Shown here one piece after another: positions 34,115 to 44,700 of a stretch of DNA of 64,000 bases. The position numbers were made by a program, and so were the translations under genes. How positions within the stretch are numbered: position 1 is the first letter of the stretch; every line of letters begins with the position of its first letter. The stretch comes from Candidatus Saccharicenans sp. GTDB lineage: Bacteria > Acidobacteriota > Aminicenantia > Aminicenantales > Saccharicenantaceae. The stretch spans positions 838 to 64,837 of the forward strand of contig JASEFX010000009.1 in NCBI GenBank assembly GCA_030018265.1, given 5' to 3'. Below the pieces are notes generated by a model. That model was not told the origin of the DNA. It did not search any database and was given only the letters and a program-made list of their open reading frames with translations.

Positions 34115-36747
34115 TTCGGTTCTTCCTCTTTTATCATTTCTTTGAGTTCCGTCAATATCTGCAGGGCTTGAATGGGAGTTAAATTCTCAGGATGTAATGA
34201 TTTTATTCTTTCCTTCAATTCCTCCAGCCGGGCTTTTTCTCTGTCTTCAGGAAACAGCAGCAACTGGGATTTATTCCGATTGTTCAATCGATAAGCCAGA
34301 CGTGGCCGGCCTTCTTCATCCAGCTCCTGTCTTTCCAGGTTGAAGAGTATTTCTCTTGCTCTTTTGATGAGCTCCTCGGGCAGTCCGGCCAGACGGGCCA
34401 CCTGAATTCCATAACTCCTGTCAGATGGTCCGGGTTTGATTTTTCTCAGAAAGATGACCGTATCCTGCCATTCTCTGACAGCCACATGAAAGTTCTTGAT
34501 CCGGGGAAAGGTCAGAGCCAGCTCGGTCAATTCATGGTAATGGGTGGCAAAAAGCGTTCTCGGCCTGATTTTCTCCAGTTGATGGAGATATTCGGCCACG
34601 GCCCAGGCTATGCTCAGGCCGTCAAAAGTGCTGGTGCCGCGTCCGACTTCATCCAGAAGAATCAAACTTCTTTCGCTGGCGTTGTTGAGAATGCTGGCCG
34701 TTTCCACCATCTCCACCATAAAAGTGGACTGACCGGCGGTCAGAAAATCCATCGCTCCCACCCTGGTGAAGATCCTGTCGACCAGGCCTATTCTGGCTTC
34801 TCTGGCCGGCACGAAAGAACCCATCTGGGCCAGCAGACAGATTAAAGCCACCTGACGCAGATAGGTGGACTTTCCACCCATGTTCGGACCGGTTATGATC
34901 AGAATCTGATTTTCCTCCCGGTCAAGGTAGGTGTCGTTCGGGATGAACGGTTCGCTCTGCAGAACTTCTATCACCGGATGCCGTCCATCGACGATATGGA
35001 TGACATCGCTTTCGTTAACTTCAGGTCGGGTATAATTCCGCCGATGGGCCAGCTCGGCTAAAGCCAGGAGGACATCCAGAACGGCCAGATTCTGAGCCAT
35101 CTGCTGCAGGCGCGGAACCTGCCTGTTTATTTCTTCCCTTACCTGAAGAAAAAGTTCGTACTCGAGCTCGTTTATTCTGGCTTCAGCTCCGAGCACTTTC
35201 TCTTCATATTCTTTTAACTCCCGGGTAATGAACCTCTCGCTGTTGACCAGCGTCTGCTTGCGCTCATAATCTTCCGGAACGAGATGCAGGTTCGGTCTGG
35301 TGACTTCAATGTAATAGCCGAAAACTTTATTGTAACGTACCTTGAGTGAGGCTATTCCGGTTCTCTCCCTCTCCCGCCTTTCCAACCGGGCGATAAAGGT
35401 TTTTCCGGAATGGCTGATCTGCCTCAGTTCGTCGAGCTCGCGGTTAAATCCATCTTTTATGATGCCGCCTTCCTGAAGAAGGGCCGCCGGCTCATCGAGT
35501 ATCGCCCGGTCGATCAGAGAGGCCAGATCCTGAAGGTTATCCCAGGTGGCTCTGAGAGAGGCAAAGTATTCAGCCTGAAAATTTTGCAATTCCTGGCTAA
35601 TTTCAGGAAGCGGCCAGAGCGATTTTTTCAGCGCTACCAGGTCGCGCGGGCTGGCCGCCGCCACCGAGATGCGGGTGGAAAGTTTTTCCAGGTCTAAAAT
35701 TTTTCTCAGCAGATTCCGTATTTCTTCCCTGACAATTGGCTTCTTCAGGGCCTCTTCCACCGCTTCCTGCCGTTTTCTTATTTCCTGGCAGTCAAGGAGC
35801 GGATGCAACAACCAGTTTTTAAGAAGCCTCATTCCAGGAGCGGTCAGAGTGAAATTTATCACTCCCAGAAGCGAGTCAGCCACCTGTCCGGTTCGAAGGT
35901 TTTTGATCAGTTCCAGGTTGCGCACCGCCGTGGCATCGAGAATCATCGTCTGGCCGGAAGTCTGAAAAGATATCTTTCTGATGTAGCCGGCCGATTCCTG
36001 CCGGTTCTTTTTCAGGTAATGAAGGAGGGCACCGGCAGCCGAAACTGCCAGGGCTTTTCCCTTCAGCCCGAAGCCCTCCAGCGTGGCCACGTTGAAGTGT
36101 TCAAGTAGCAGACGCGAAGCTTGAGAATAATCAAAAACCCAGGGTTCTACCTGACTTATGGCCAGACCGTTCAGGTCGACGGAGGCCAGAAGCTCTCTAA
36201 CCAATTTTTCCTGACCTTCAGGACAGATTATTTCTTTTGGAGCGAGCCGGAAAATCTCATCAAGCAGGCTTTTTTTCCTTTCTTCCTCCCCCTCCATACT
36301 CACTATTTTCCCGCTCAGAAGGTCGGTGCCGGCTGCTCCCCAGCGACCGTCTTCAAGAAAAAGGCTTAAAACTCCGAGATTTTCCTGCGGGTCATCGCTT
36401 TCTATTTCCACGGCCGTTCCGGGAGTAAGCACCTTGATGACTTCTCTCCTGACCACACCTCTGGCCTGCTTCGGGTCTTCCACCTGCTCGCAGATGGCCA
36501 CTTTATAGCCGGCCTTTAACAGTCGGGCGAGATAGGAATTTACCGAATGGTAGGGAACGCCGCACATCGGGACGTTCTGTCGCGAAGTCAGAGCAATACC
36601 GAGAACAGACGAGCCGGTGTAGGCGTCTTCGTAGAACATTTCATAAAAATCGCCGAGGCGGAAGAAAAGAAGGCAATCCCGGTAGCGCGATTTTATGCGG
36701 TGATACTGCTCCATCATCGGGGTCAGAGAATCTTCTCTTTTACTCAT
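34111..36747 (-). CDS. mutS: DNA mismatch repair protein MutS
   Basis: N-terminus TPMMEQY..K.....LLFFRLGDFYEMF. Walker A GPNMGGKSTYLRQ. Also DEVGRGTSTFDG. Confidence 0.95.
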   Translation of the reverse strand: MSKREDSLTPMMEQYHRIKSRYRDCLLFFRLGDFYEMFYEDAYTGSSVLGIALTSRQNVPMCGVPYHSVNSYLARLLKAGYKVAICEQVEDPKQARGVVRREVIKVLTPGTAVEIESDDPQENLGVLSLFLEDGRWGAAGTDLLSGKIVSMEGEEERKKSLLDEIFRLAPKEIICPEGQEKLVRELLASVDLNGLAISQVEPWVFDYSQASRLLLEHFNVATLEGFGLKGKALAVSAAGALLHYLKKNRQESAGYIRKISFQTSGQTMILDATAVRNLELIKNLRTGQVADSLLGVINFTLTAPGMRLLKNWLLHPLLDCQEIRKRQEAVEEALKKPIVREEIRNLLRKILDLEKLSTRISVAAASPRDLVALKKSLWPLPEISQELQNFQAEYFASLRATWDNLQDLASLIDRAILDEPAALLQEGGIIKDGFNRELDELRQISHSGKTFIARLERRERERTGIASLKVRYNKVFGYYIEVTRPNLHLVPEDYERKQTLVNSERFITRELKEYEEKVLGAEARINELEYELFLQVREEINRQVPRLQQMAQNLAVLDVLLALAELAHRRNYTRPEVNESDVIHIVDGRHPVIEVLQSEPFIPNDTYLDREENQILIITGPNMGGKSTYLRQVALICLLAQMGSFVPAREARIGLVDRIFTRVGAMDFLTAGQSTFMVEMVETASILNNASERSLILLDEVGRGTSTFDGLSIAWAVAEYLHQLEKIRPRTLFATHYHELTELALTFPRIKNFHVAVREWQDTVIFLRKIKPGPSDRSYGIQVARLAGLPEELIKRAREILFNLERQELDEEGRPRLAYRLNNRNKSQLLLFPEDREKARLEELKERIKSLHPENLTPIQALQILTELKEMIKEEEPN

Positions 36748-36825
36748 GGTTCGCGGCAGCTTCTAAACTATATTATACACAGCCTCAGGATTTCAACCGG
36801 CCGGACCGCTGAATAGCAGTTTAAT

Positions 36826-36854
36826 TTGACAATCAAGCTATTTAGTTTTAGTAT
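36826..36854 (+). promoter_or_regulatory. candidate pgsA promoter (TTGACA-17 nt-TAGTAT) overlapped by a 9-bp perfect inverted repeat
   Basis: TTGACA at 36826-36831 and TAGTAT at 36849-36854. The inverted repeat is AGCTATTTA (36836-36844) / TAAATAGCT (36854-36862). Confidence 0.4.
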
Positions 36855-36887
36855 AAATAGCTAAAAAATTTCAGGAAAAAGCTGTTC

Positions 36888-37436
36888 ATGAATATTCCAA
36901 CAGTTCTTACCATATTAAGATTGATTGCTGTACCCGTTCTGGTGGTAACGCTGCTTGTCCCATTTCATCGTCATGAATTGGTAAGCTTCGTTATCTTTGT
37001 GGCCGCCTGCCTTACTGATATGCTGGACGGATTCTGGGCAAGAAGAAAAAAAATGGAAACGATCCTCGGGTCGCTTCTTGACCCGCTGGCTGACAAATTG
37101 CTCATCACCTCCGCCCTGATCTGTCTGGTCGGCAACGGAGTGGTCGCCTCCTGGATGGCGGTCATCATCATCGGTCGGGAACTGGCGATCACCGGATTCA
37201 GGGCGATGGCTTCCTCGCGCGGCTACAACATACCGGCTTCGCGCTGGGGTAAGATTAAAATGATTTTTGAGACAGTCATCGTAGCCATCCTGATTCTCGG
37301 GCCGCATTACCTTGGAAGCCTTTACCGGCTGGCTCATGCTTATGGACTGTGGCTGGTTGTGGTTTTTGCACTGATATCCGCCGCGGAGTATTTTGTCCGC
37401 TTTGGCCCTCTTGTGCTGAAAGAGACCTCAGATTGA
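36888..37436 (+). CDS. pgsA: CDP-diacylglycerol--glycerol-3-phosphate 3-phosphatidyltransferase
   Basis: CDP-alcohol phosphatidyltransferase motif DMLDGFWARR..(8)..GSLLDPLADK. 182 aa with multiple TM segments. Confidence 0.9.
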   Translation: MNIPTVLTILRLIAVPVLVVTLLVPFHRHELVSFVIFVAACLTDMLDGFWARRKKMETILGSLLDPLADKLLITSALICLVGNGVVASWMAVIIIGRELAITGFRAMASSRGYNIPASRWGKIKMIFETVIVAILILGPHYLGSLYRLAHAYGLWLVVVFALISAAEYFVRFGPLVLKETSD

Positions 37437-38351
37437 TAAAGCCTGGCGGCAGCTTTCCAGGGATTTCATATCCTCAACGTTAAACATTGAAGGAGCCTTT
37501 CCCCATTCGCGGGATATCCTCCTCAGAAGGCCTGTAAGCACCTTTCCCGGCCCTATTTCCACCACCTGTTCGACACCCAGTTCATGCATCCGGTTCATGC
37601 TCTGGCACCAGAGAACCGGACTGAAAATCTGACGGTAGAGCAATTCTCGCGCTTCTTCTCCTGAATCTATTTCTCGCGCTGTCACGTTGGAGATCACGGG
37701 GAATTCAGGATCACGGAAAGTTACCTTCTCCAGGTCAGTCTTCAGGCGCTCAGCGGCCGGTTTCATCAGCATCGTATGGAATGGCCCGCTAACCTGAAGC
37801 ATGACCGAACGCGGAGGCTCAAGTATGCTGAGGGCTTCTTCCACCGCAGATTTTTCACCGGCAATCACCACCTGATCAGGCGCATTCCAGTTCGCCGCCT
37901 GAACCAGACCGGAACTTATCCGCTTCAATCCCTCTTCCACCTGGCTGAAATTGAGCCCGATCACCGCAGCCATGACGCCTTCACCGGGAGGAACGGCCTC
38001 CATCATATACCGTCCGCGATTATGCACCAGACGGAGAGCTTCCGAAAAATCCAGACTTCCGGCGGCCACTAAGGCCGAATATTCGCCGAGACTGTGTCCG
38101 GCCGCCAGGTCAGGTTTCACCCGAAGAAGACGGAAAGCTATATAACTCACCGTCAGAATCGCGGGCTGGGTATAGCAGGTAAGCCTCAGTTCCTCTTCAG
38201 GACCTTCGAAACACAGACGGGACAGGCTGAAACCCAGACTTTCATCGGCCAGGTGAAATATATCTCTTGCTTCCTGGCTGTGTTCGTAGAAATCCCGTCC
38301 CATACCCACATACTGAGAACCCTGACCCGGAAATAAAAACGCTCTTTTCAT
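37428..38351 (-). CDS. fabD: malonyl-CoA:ACP transacylase
   Basis: Motifs FLFPGQGSQYVGMG and the active-site GHSLGEYSAL. Confidence 0.9.
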   Translation of the reverse strand: MKRAFLFPGQGSQYVGMGRDFYEHSQEARDIFHLADESLGFSLSRLCFEGPEEELRLTCYTQPAILTVSYIAFRLLRVKPDLAAGHSLGEYSALVAAGSLDFSEALRLVHNRGRYMMEAVPPGEGVMAAVIGLNFSQVEEGLKRISSGLVQAANWNAPDQVVIAGEKSAVEEALSILEPPRSVMLQVSGPFHTMLMKPAAERLKTDLEKVTFRDPEFPVISNVTAREIDSGEEARELLYRQIFSPVLWCQSMNRMHELGVEQVVEIGPGKVLTGLLRRISREWGKAPSMFNVEDMKSLESCRQALSI

Positions 38352-38381
38352 CTCTTACCTCGCCTGAATTTTTGCTGATAA

Positions 38382-39068
38382 TTATAAACGTTTCAGACAC
38401 TCAAAGTAAATGATGATCTCCGCCCTCTGCCGGAGTTCCTGTGTCCACTCCCTGACCCTTTCTTCCTGCCTCCTGGCCTGAAGACGGGACTCGATTTCAT
38501 TCAGCGCATCCACCAATCCGGCCGGTTGGCGACCGGCAGCTTTCTGTTCCGGGACATAAATGTTCTGATAATAATCTTCTATTTCTTTAAGAGAAATATA
38601 CAGCCGCTGGCTGAATCTGATGCCGATCACCTTCTCAAACAATATTTTGTCCTGGAGATAGGAAGAAAGATCCTCCGGTTTCAGGCCGAGCTCGCGGCAT
38701 CTAACCTCAAAGGCCTCGCTTCCGGTTCTTTCCTTTACCTTTTCCAGCTCGGCCCTGATTTCTTCCGGAGCGAGAGAAATCTGCTCCCTGGCCAGTTTCA
38801 ACACCAGCAACATATCAATGTAACTGTTTAGAAGGTCTTCGGCGGTTATGCCTTCATCACTGCTTCCACCCAGCAGGTTAAAAGTTTTAGCCACCCTCAG
38901 GTCAAACAGAGTGACCGGCTGATTGTCAACACTGGCCACCAGACAGTTTATAAGTTCCTGTCCGGGGGCCGGCGCCGCCCCGAAAATTAGAACGATCAAA
39001 TAAAAGACCAGCCAGCAGGTTATTTCCCTGACCTTCATTGCTCTCAAAATTTTCTCTCCCATAAGCAT
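38382..39068 (-). CDS. SurA-N-domain-like periplasmic chaperone (no parvulin domain)
   Basis: N-terminal anchor/signal. Helical SurA_N-like region (VDNQPVTLFDL..LLNSYIDMLLVLKLAREQ). Lies immediately downstream of bamA. The start is ambiguous (ATG at 39068 or 39038). Confidence 0.55.
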   Translation of the reverse strand: MLMGEKILRAMKVREITCWLVFYLIVLIFGAAPAPGQELINCLVASVDNQPVTLFDLRVAKTFNLLGGSSDEGITAEDLLNSYIDMLLVLKLAREQISLAPEEIRAELEKVKERTGSEAFEVRCRELGLKPEDLSSYLQDKILFEKVIGIRFSQRLYISLKEIEDYYQNIYVPEQKAAGRQPAGLVDALNEIESRLQARRQEERVREWTQELRQRAEIIIYFECLKRL

Positions 39069-39071
39069 CTC

Positions 39072-41789
39072 TCAGAACATATTCCCGATAGTCAGGAAGA
39101 ACAGCGGTTTCCAGCGGTTTCCGGGCGGGTTGAGATTCCAGCCGACGTCAAAACGGATCGGACCGAGAGGCGTTCTGTAACGCAATCCGGCGCCCGCAGC
39201 CTGACTGAATTTCAGAAAATTAAAATCTCTGACCTCCGGAAAAACCTGCCCGACATCATAAAAAACTGCTCCATACAGGTTGGGCAATTTTTTCAGAATA
39301 AGAAATCTTGTTTCCATATTCAGCAGGAATATCGCCCGTCCTCCTACAGGCATGCCGGATTCCGGGTCCTTCGGACCGAGCCGGTCGAATGCTTCACCCC
39401 GGAAGGAATTGCTTCCGCCGGCAAAAAACCTTTCCGGAATCGGCACGACGCCGGAAGCCAGCCCCAGCCTTAAAGTTGTATGAAAATTAACGCCCGCCGC
39501 CAGCGGATAAAAATATTGATATTTGGCAAATGCCTTAAAGAAATTTGATTCGGTATGGAGAAGCGGGTAGGCTCTTTCCACAGCGAGACTGAAAAAGTAT
39601 CCAGTTGAGGGGTTAAATGTATCGTCGCGGCGGTCGCGGATAAAAGTGGCCGAACCGTAGACGATGGAGTAAGGCAACCTCTCCCGCTCAATTTCCGACT
39701 GACTTATCTGCAGGTTGGTGAGCCTGGTTCTCAAAGCGCCCGCGGCCAGCAGAAGGGAAAAACTTCCCGGAAGATTTCTCATGGTGGACAGGGTGAGACC
39801 GCGACGCTGGTAACTGAAGCTCGTCCGGTCCTCCTGCTCAAGATACCCGCTGAAATAAGTTCTCATCCTGAGACCGAGGAAATGGGGCTGCTGCCAGGTG
39901 GCCACGAGCCTCTTTTCCACCAGGCTCAGCTGACCGACAAGGCTGAATTGAGAGGCATTCTTCAGGAGGTTATACCTGATGTATTCGGCCGTCAACCTCG
40001 GCCGCAGGTCATTTTCCCAGAGAGCCAGCGACCTGGCTTCTTCCCTCGTCTCGACGCCCACTCCGAACCCGGTAAAATTTTGTTCTCCTTCCCTCACCTG
40101 TATAGAGAGGTTGATCAAATTTTCCGATACAGGAAGCTCCTCCAGCCTGATTTCAGAAAACACTCCGAGGTTATCCAGTCCCCTCTTGGTTTCTATAAGT
40201 TTATCGTATTCTGCCCATTCACCCGGATGCCAGCGAACTTCCCGCAGAATGGTTTTGCGACCGGTAAGTCGATTGCCGGAGATAAGAATGCTGTTAACCC
40301 TGTATCGTTTTCCCTCTTTAATCCGGAGAACCAGGTCAACGTTGTTTTCACGATCCAGGGATGGTTCAGCTTCTATCTGGGTTCCCCTGAAACCCCGGTT
40401 GAGATAAATTTGATTTATTCTTTCCAGATCTTTTTGCAGCTCAGGTTTATAAAAAGGTCTGCCCGGGCGACTCGTCAGCCGGGAGAGTATTTCGGCTGGA
40501 GGGACAGCTAGCGCTCCCTGTATTTCCAGACTCCTGATAACCTGACGCGGTCCCTCCTCGATGTAATAAATCGGCCAGACAGTATTTTCTTTGCGGCGGA
40601 AATTTAAGGTCACCCGGGTTTCCGGAAATCCGCGCTCAGCATAAAGGTTTTTTATTTTCTCTGACAGCTCATAGATTTCTTCTCCGTCCAGGTAGGGGAA
40701 GAAAAGAACCTTTCCGGTTATTCCCAGACTCTTCTTTATTTCCTTTTCCGTAAACGTCTCCATTCCCTGAAATTCGACTTCTTTCAGGCGAAGTTTCGGC
40801 CCGGGGTGAACTTCATAGGTCACCAGAAGTTCTGTTCCCTTCTTCTGCAAACTGGATCTGACGGTCGCCAGCAAATATCCTTCTTTCCGTAGCTTCCTCA
40901 GAAGGAGAGCTTCCCCTTCGGACAGAGCCCATTCCTCAAACACTTTCTGCTCCCAGGCTGGCTGCACCACGCGGGGAGACAGATTGACGCCGAGAATTCT
41001 TATCGAAATCTTCACCGACGGATTCTGAGAAATAAAAAGATCAACCAGCCCTTTTTCCTGATCCACCTCTTCCCGGGCGAGTTTGATTTCCGCCCATGAG
41101 TATCCCAGCTTATTGTAAGCTTTTCTGATTCTGGCCAGACCATCTTCAAGTTTTTTCGGGACATAATAATCGCCGCTTTTCAAACCGAGCTGCTTCTGAA
41201 GTTCATCCTTGGACAGAATCTCGGGTCCTTCAAATACAATCTGCCTGACAGTCAGCCTTTTCCAGTCAGGAATCCTGATTATGACATCAGCCAGGTTGGT
41301 GCGCTCGATTTTCCTTATTTGAAGATCTATCTCCGGAGAAAACAGCCCCTCGTTGATTAATATTTTTTCCAGCTCTGGCCGTACCTTCTCTTTAAGACTT
41401 TCCGTAAGCACCTCGCCCTTCTTCAAATAAAACAGCTCTCCGGTTATTCTTTTTCGCAGGCTGCGGGGTCCAGAAATCTCAATGTTCCTGATAAAGGTTT
41501 TTCTGATTAAAACAAAAGTCAACTCACCCCCCGAAGCAGCATCCCATAACACTTCGGCCCGGGCATAAAAGCCGGTTTTCATCAACTGTTTGAGATTTCG
41601 GTCGATCTCGGAGTCGGTATAAGTTCTTCCAACCTGAAGATCCAGCAGACTGTAGACTTCCGGTTCCGCTTCCCTTCCGTCTATTAAAATCTTTATTTTT
41701 CCGACTGGATGGCCATTGTCAGAGGAATAAACAGAACCCGGCAGCAGTAACAGGCAACTCAGAACAACCAGCCAGATTCTGATTTTCAT
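39072..41789 (-). CDS. bamA: outer membrane protein assembly factor BamA (Omp85)
   Basis: Signal peptide, repeated POTRA-like units, and a C-terminal Omp85 barrel ending ..FFLTIGNMF. 905 aa. Confidence 0.9.
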   Translation of the reverse strand: MKIRIWLVVLSCLLLLPGSVYSSDNGHPVGKIKILIDGREAEPEVYSLLDLQVGRTYTDSEIDRNLKQLMKTGFYARAEVLWDAASGGELTFVLIRKTFIRNIEISGPRSLRKRITGELFYLKKGEVLTESLKEKVRPELEKILINEGLFSPEIDLQIRKIERTNLADVIIRIPDWKRLTVRQIVFEGPEILSKDELQKQLGLKSGDYYVPKKLEDGLARIRKAYNKLGYSWAEIKLAREEVDQEKGLVDLFISQNPSVKISIRILGVNLSPRVVQPAWEQKVFEEWALSEGEALLLRKLRKEGYLLATVRSSLQKKGTELLVTYEVHPGPKLRLKEVEFQGMETFTEKEIKKSLGITGKVLFFPYLDGEEIYELSEKIKNLYAERGFPETRVTLNFRRKENTVWPIYYIEEGPRQVIRSLEIQGALAVPPAEILSRLTSRPGRPFYKPELQKDLERINQIYLNRGFRGTQIEAEPSLDRENNVDLVLRIKEGKRYRVNSILISGNRLTGRKTILREVRWHPGEWAEYDKLIETKRGLDNLGVFSEIRLEELPVSENLINLSIQVREGEQNFTGFGVGVETREEARSLALWENDLRPRLTAEYIRYNLLKNASQFSLVGQLSLVEKRLVATWQQPHFLGLRMRTYFSGYLEQEDRTSFSYQRRGLTLSTMRNLPGSFSLLLAAGALRTRLTNLQISQSEIERERLPYSIVYGSATFIRDRRDDTFNPSTGYFFSLAVERAYPLLHTESNFFKAFAKYQYFYPLAAGVNFHTTLRLGLASGVVPIPERFFAGGSNSFRGEAFDRLGPKDPESGMPVGGRAIFLLNMETRFLILKKLPNLYGAVFYDVGQVFPEVRDFNFLKFSQAAGAGLRYRTPLGPIRFDVGWNLNPPGNRWKPLFFLTIGNMF

Positions 41790-41793
41790 GCGG

Positions 41794-44700
41794 TTAAAAC
41801 CTTTTCCTCAATTTTACATCCAGGCTTACCCGGCCGAGTTCATTTCTCATGGCCACCAGCGACAGCCCGCCAGCCAGCTCCCATTCCAGCCTGATAATCT
41901 CCTCTCTCTGCGTTGCCAGGTTGGTGGAATAAACGATGAAAAAGTTCCTGGATATCCGCTTGCCCACGGTCAACCTTGCGGTAATTTCTGAAGTTGACCC
42001 CATCAGGAAAGGATCAAGGCGGAAACGATCGAGGCTGAATATGCTTTCTGATTTTCTGGCCAGCTGGTAAGAAATCAAGGAAGCGGTGCTCATCTGGGTG
42101 GTATCGAGCGAGTATCTTCTCTGGTATGATTCCCCAAGAGCCAGAAGCGAGAGAATTTCTTCCGCCGGCAGCGGCGGGGAGGAAGAAAATTCCGGCCGGA
42201 GATTGCTCACCAGACCGCTCAGGCTGAAAATCACATGGTAATCCTTGACATACGTCTCAGCCTGAAAATCAAGATAGGGATCTATAACGAGAGGGTTGAA
42301 GAAGCTCAAACGACCCCGGACGACCCTGAAATCACGGTCCTGAAAATAAATCGTTCCGGAAAGAATTTCTATTTCCCCTGTAACCACCGGAACAGCCACG
42401 GTCCCGGCAATGGTCAAATCGAGTCTGGCCCTGATTCTTCCCAGGGAATTTTCCACCCAGACGTTATCGTCAGCTCTCAGCCTGAGGTTCAGGTTAAGGT
42501 CATCAAGCACAGCGCCTTTACCCTCGCTTGAATACACCTGAGAAGAGAAAGACAGTTTTTCGTACAGTTCTTTTTTCCAGAGAGCCTCTTTAATCAGGAA
42601 ATCCCCCTCGAGAAAAGAGCGGCCTCCATTCCTGAGAAATCGCATCTGCCCATCAGCCAGCAATCTCGTTTTTTCAAACAATGATAATTCCATATTTTTT
42701 CCTGTCATTCGAACTTCAGCTTCGGCCAGCTTCCCCTCATCGAACTTCAACTCTCCAAACCCGTGAACCGGGCCTCCCCCGAGAGAGCCCTGAAATGACC
42801 TGATTGAGACCTGACCCTTCTGAATGAAAGCCAGTCCGGAGAAATCATTCAGGGCATGGGCAAAACCGGGTATCGGAATCACTTCTCCCTTTAATTCCAC
42901 TGCTCCGTTAAGCTCAGGAGAGGCCACCGGACCCTGAAAACTCAGAAGATAATCAACAGAACCCTTCGCCCCCTTCCAGGGAAGGACCAGATCCAGATTG
43001 GTTATGGTTCCCTTTACCTCTCCCGATAAAAAATCCCGGTCGAAAGGGATGTTAATTTTCAACCTGAAGTTATTGTCGCCAGGAAGAAGACGCCCATAAA
43101 GCTCGATATTCATGGCGTTTTCGAGAAAATCAAGTTGATAGGATCCCGTCGCTCTCTGTGACCTGATAAAGAAGACCCCGAACCTGTCGACAGAAAAATC
43201 TCCACCCGGCCGGCTCTCGCCGAAAATACCTTTTCCTTTTAAGTCAAGCGTGATCTTTCCTGAAAAATCAGATGACAGGGGCTTCAGGTCGACGTTTACA
43301 GCCTCGAGGTTAAAATTATAACTGCGGGGGCTAAATCCCAGCTCCAAGCTGCCAGTTACCCGACCGCCGTGCAGGTCAAAACTCAACTCCGGAAAACGCA
43401 GCTCATCCTCTGACCAGAATATCTTCCCGGAAACATTTCTAATCGAGGTTCCCAGCAATTCCATCTCCGGGGAGACAAAATCACCCTGAAAACTTACTTT
43501 TGCACCCTCAGTGGAATAGACAAAATCCCCACGAACCGGTCCCCTTACCGGAAAATCCACTTCAAAATAGGTAAGAACCTTTTCCACCTGGGCCCGGTCA
43601 AAATTCATCCTGGCTTCAGTTTTGCCTTCAACCGTTTCCAGGCTTATCTGCCCGTCAAAATCTTTATCCAGAACATAGACTTTTCCCTCAACTCTGCCGC
43701 CTTCGACCTCAACCTTTCCCCGCGCGGTGGTTACCTGAAAACGTTCAAACCCGGCCGGAGAGAGAGAAAATTCAAAGTTGAGGTGAGGACGCCCATAGTC
43801 TCCTCTGATTTCAATATCAGCTCTGCCGGCACCCCTGATCTCAGGGAAATCGAAACGTGTCTTAAAAAGTTTTTCGGTGAATTCACGGGCACGGCGCACA
43901 TCGCTGAACTGACCGGTTATTTCCAGATCGATATTTCTATCTATCAAAACACGGCCCTCAACTGTCAATTTCCCGAAAGAAGTACGCAGTTCCTTTGTCT
44001 GAATCTTCAGATCTTTTTCCGCCAGGTTAAGTTCTATCTCCGTCCGGCCGTCAAGCCGGTAACGGTCTTTTTCCGGCCGGTCGTCTACACGATCGCGAAA
44101 TTCTGCTGTCGCCTGAAGGATTCCCCGGCTAAGCCGGAAATTCCCCCAGGCTGGCGAGTCAACCGGCCAGGGTACCGAAGCGTACTTCATTATCGGATCG
44201 AGGTGGAATCCGGACATCTGGCCTTCGATAACTCCGCCTCCGTAAGTTATGACTACATTCTCCGACGGTTTTCCTCTCTTCTTTATCTCAGCCAGAATCT
44301 GGCCTCCCCTCCCCCTTTCAATCAACACCTGACCTTCGACCGTACCCATTTCCACCTGATTCAGCCGGAAATCCCGGGTGCTGTAATTTGATTTTATTAT
44401 GACCGGCCCGCTTTCATTGGATATGGTTATCTCGCCGGAAGTCTTACCTTCCCATTTGAAGGGAAGGTCGAGAGCGCTCATGATAAAATTGGTATCAAGG
44501 TTATAGACCGCCCTCAGGTCCACTCTGGCCGGATTAAGAAACCCTATCCTGCCCTCAAGCCGCACCGCCCGGTTTTCTCCCTGAATAACAAGGCGGTTCA
44601 GGCGAAGCGTCCGCCCCCTCACGCTCAACAGAGTTTCAACCTCACCTTCAAGAACCACCGGTGAGTCGTAAGGCCTTATTCTCGATGAACCAGCTCTTAA

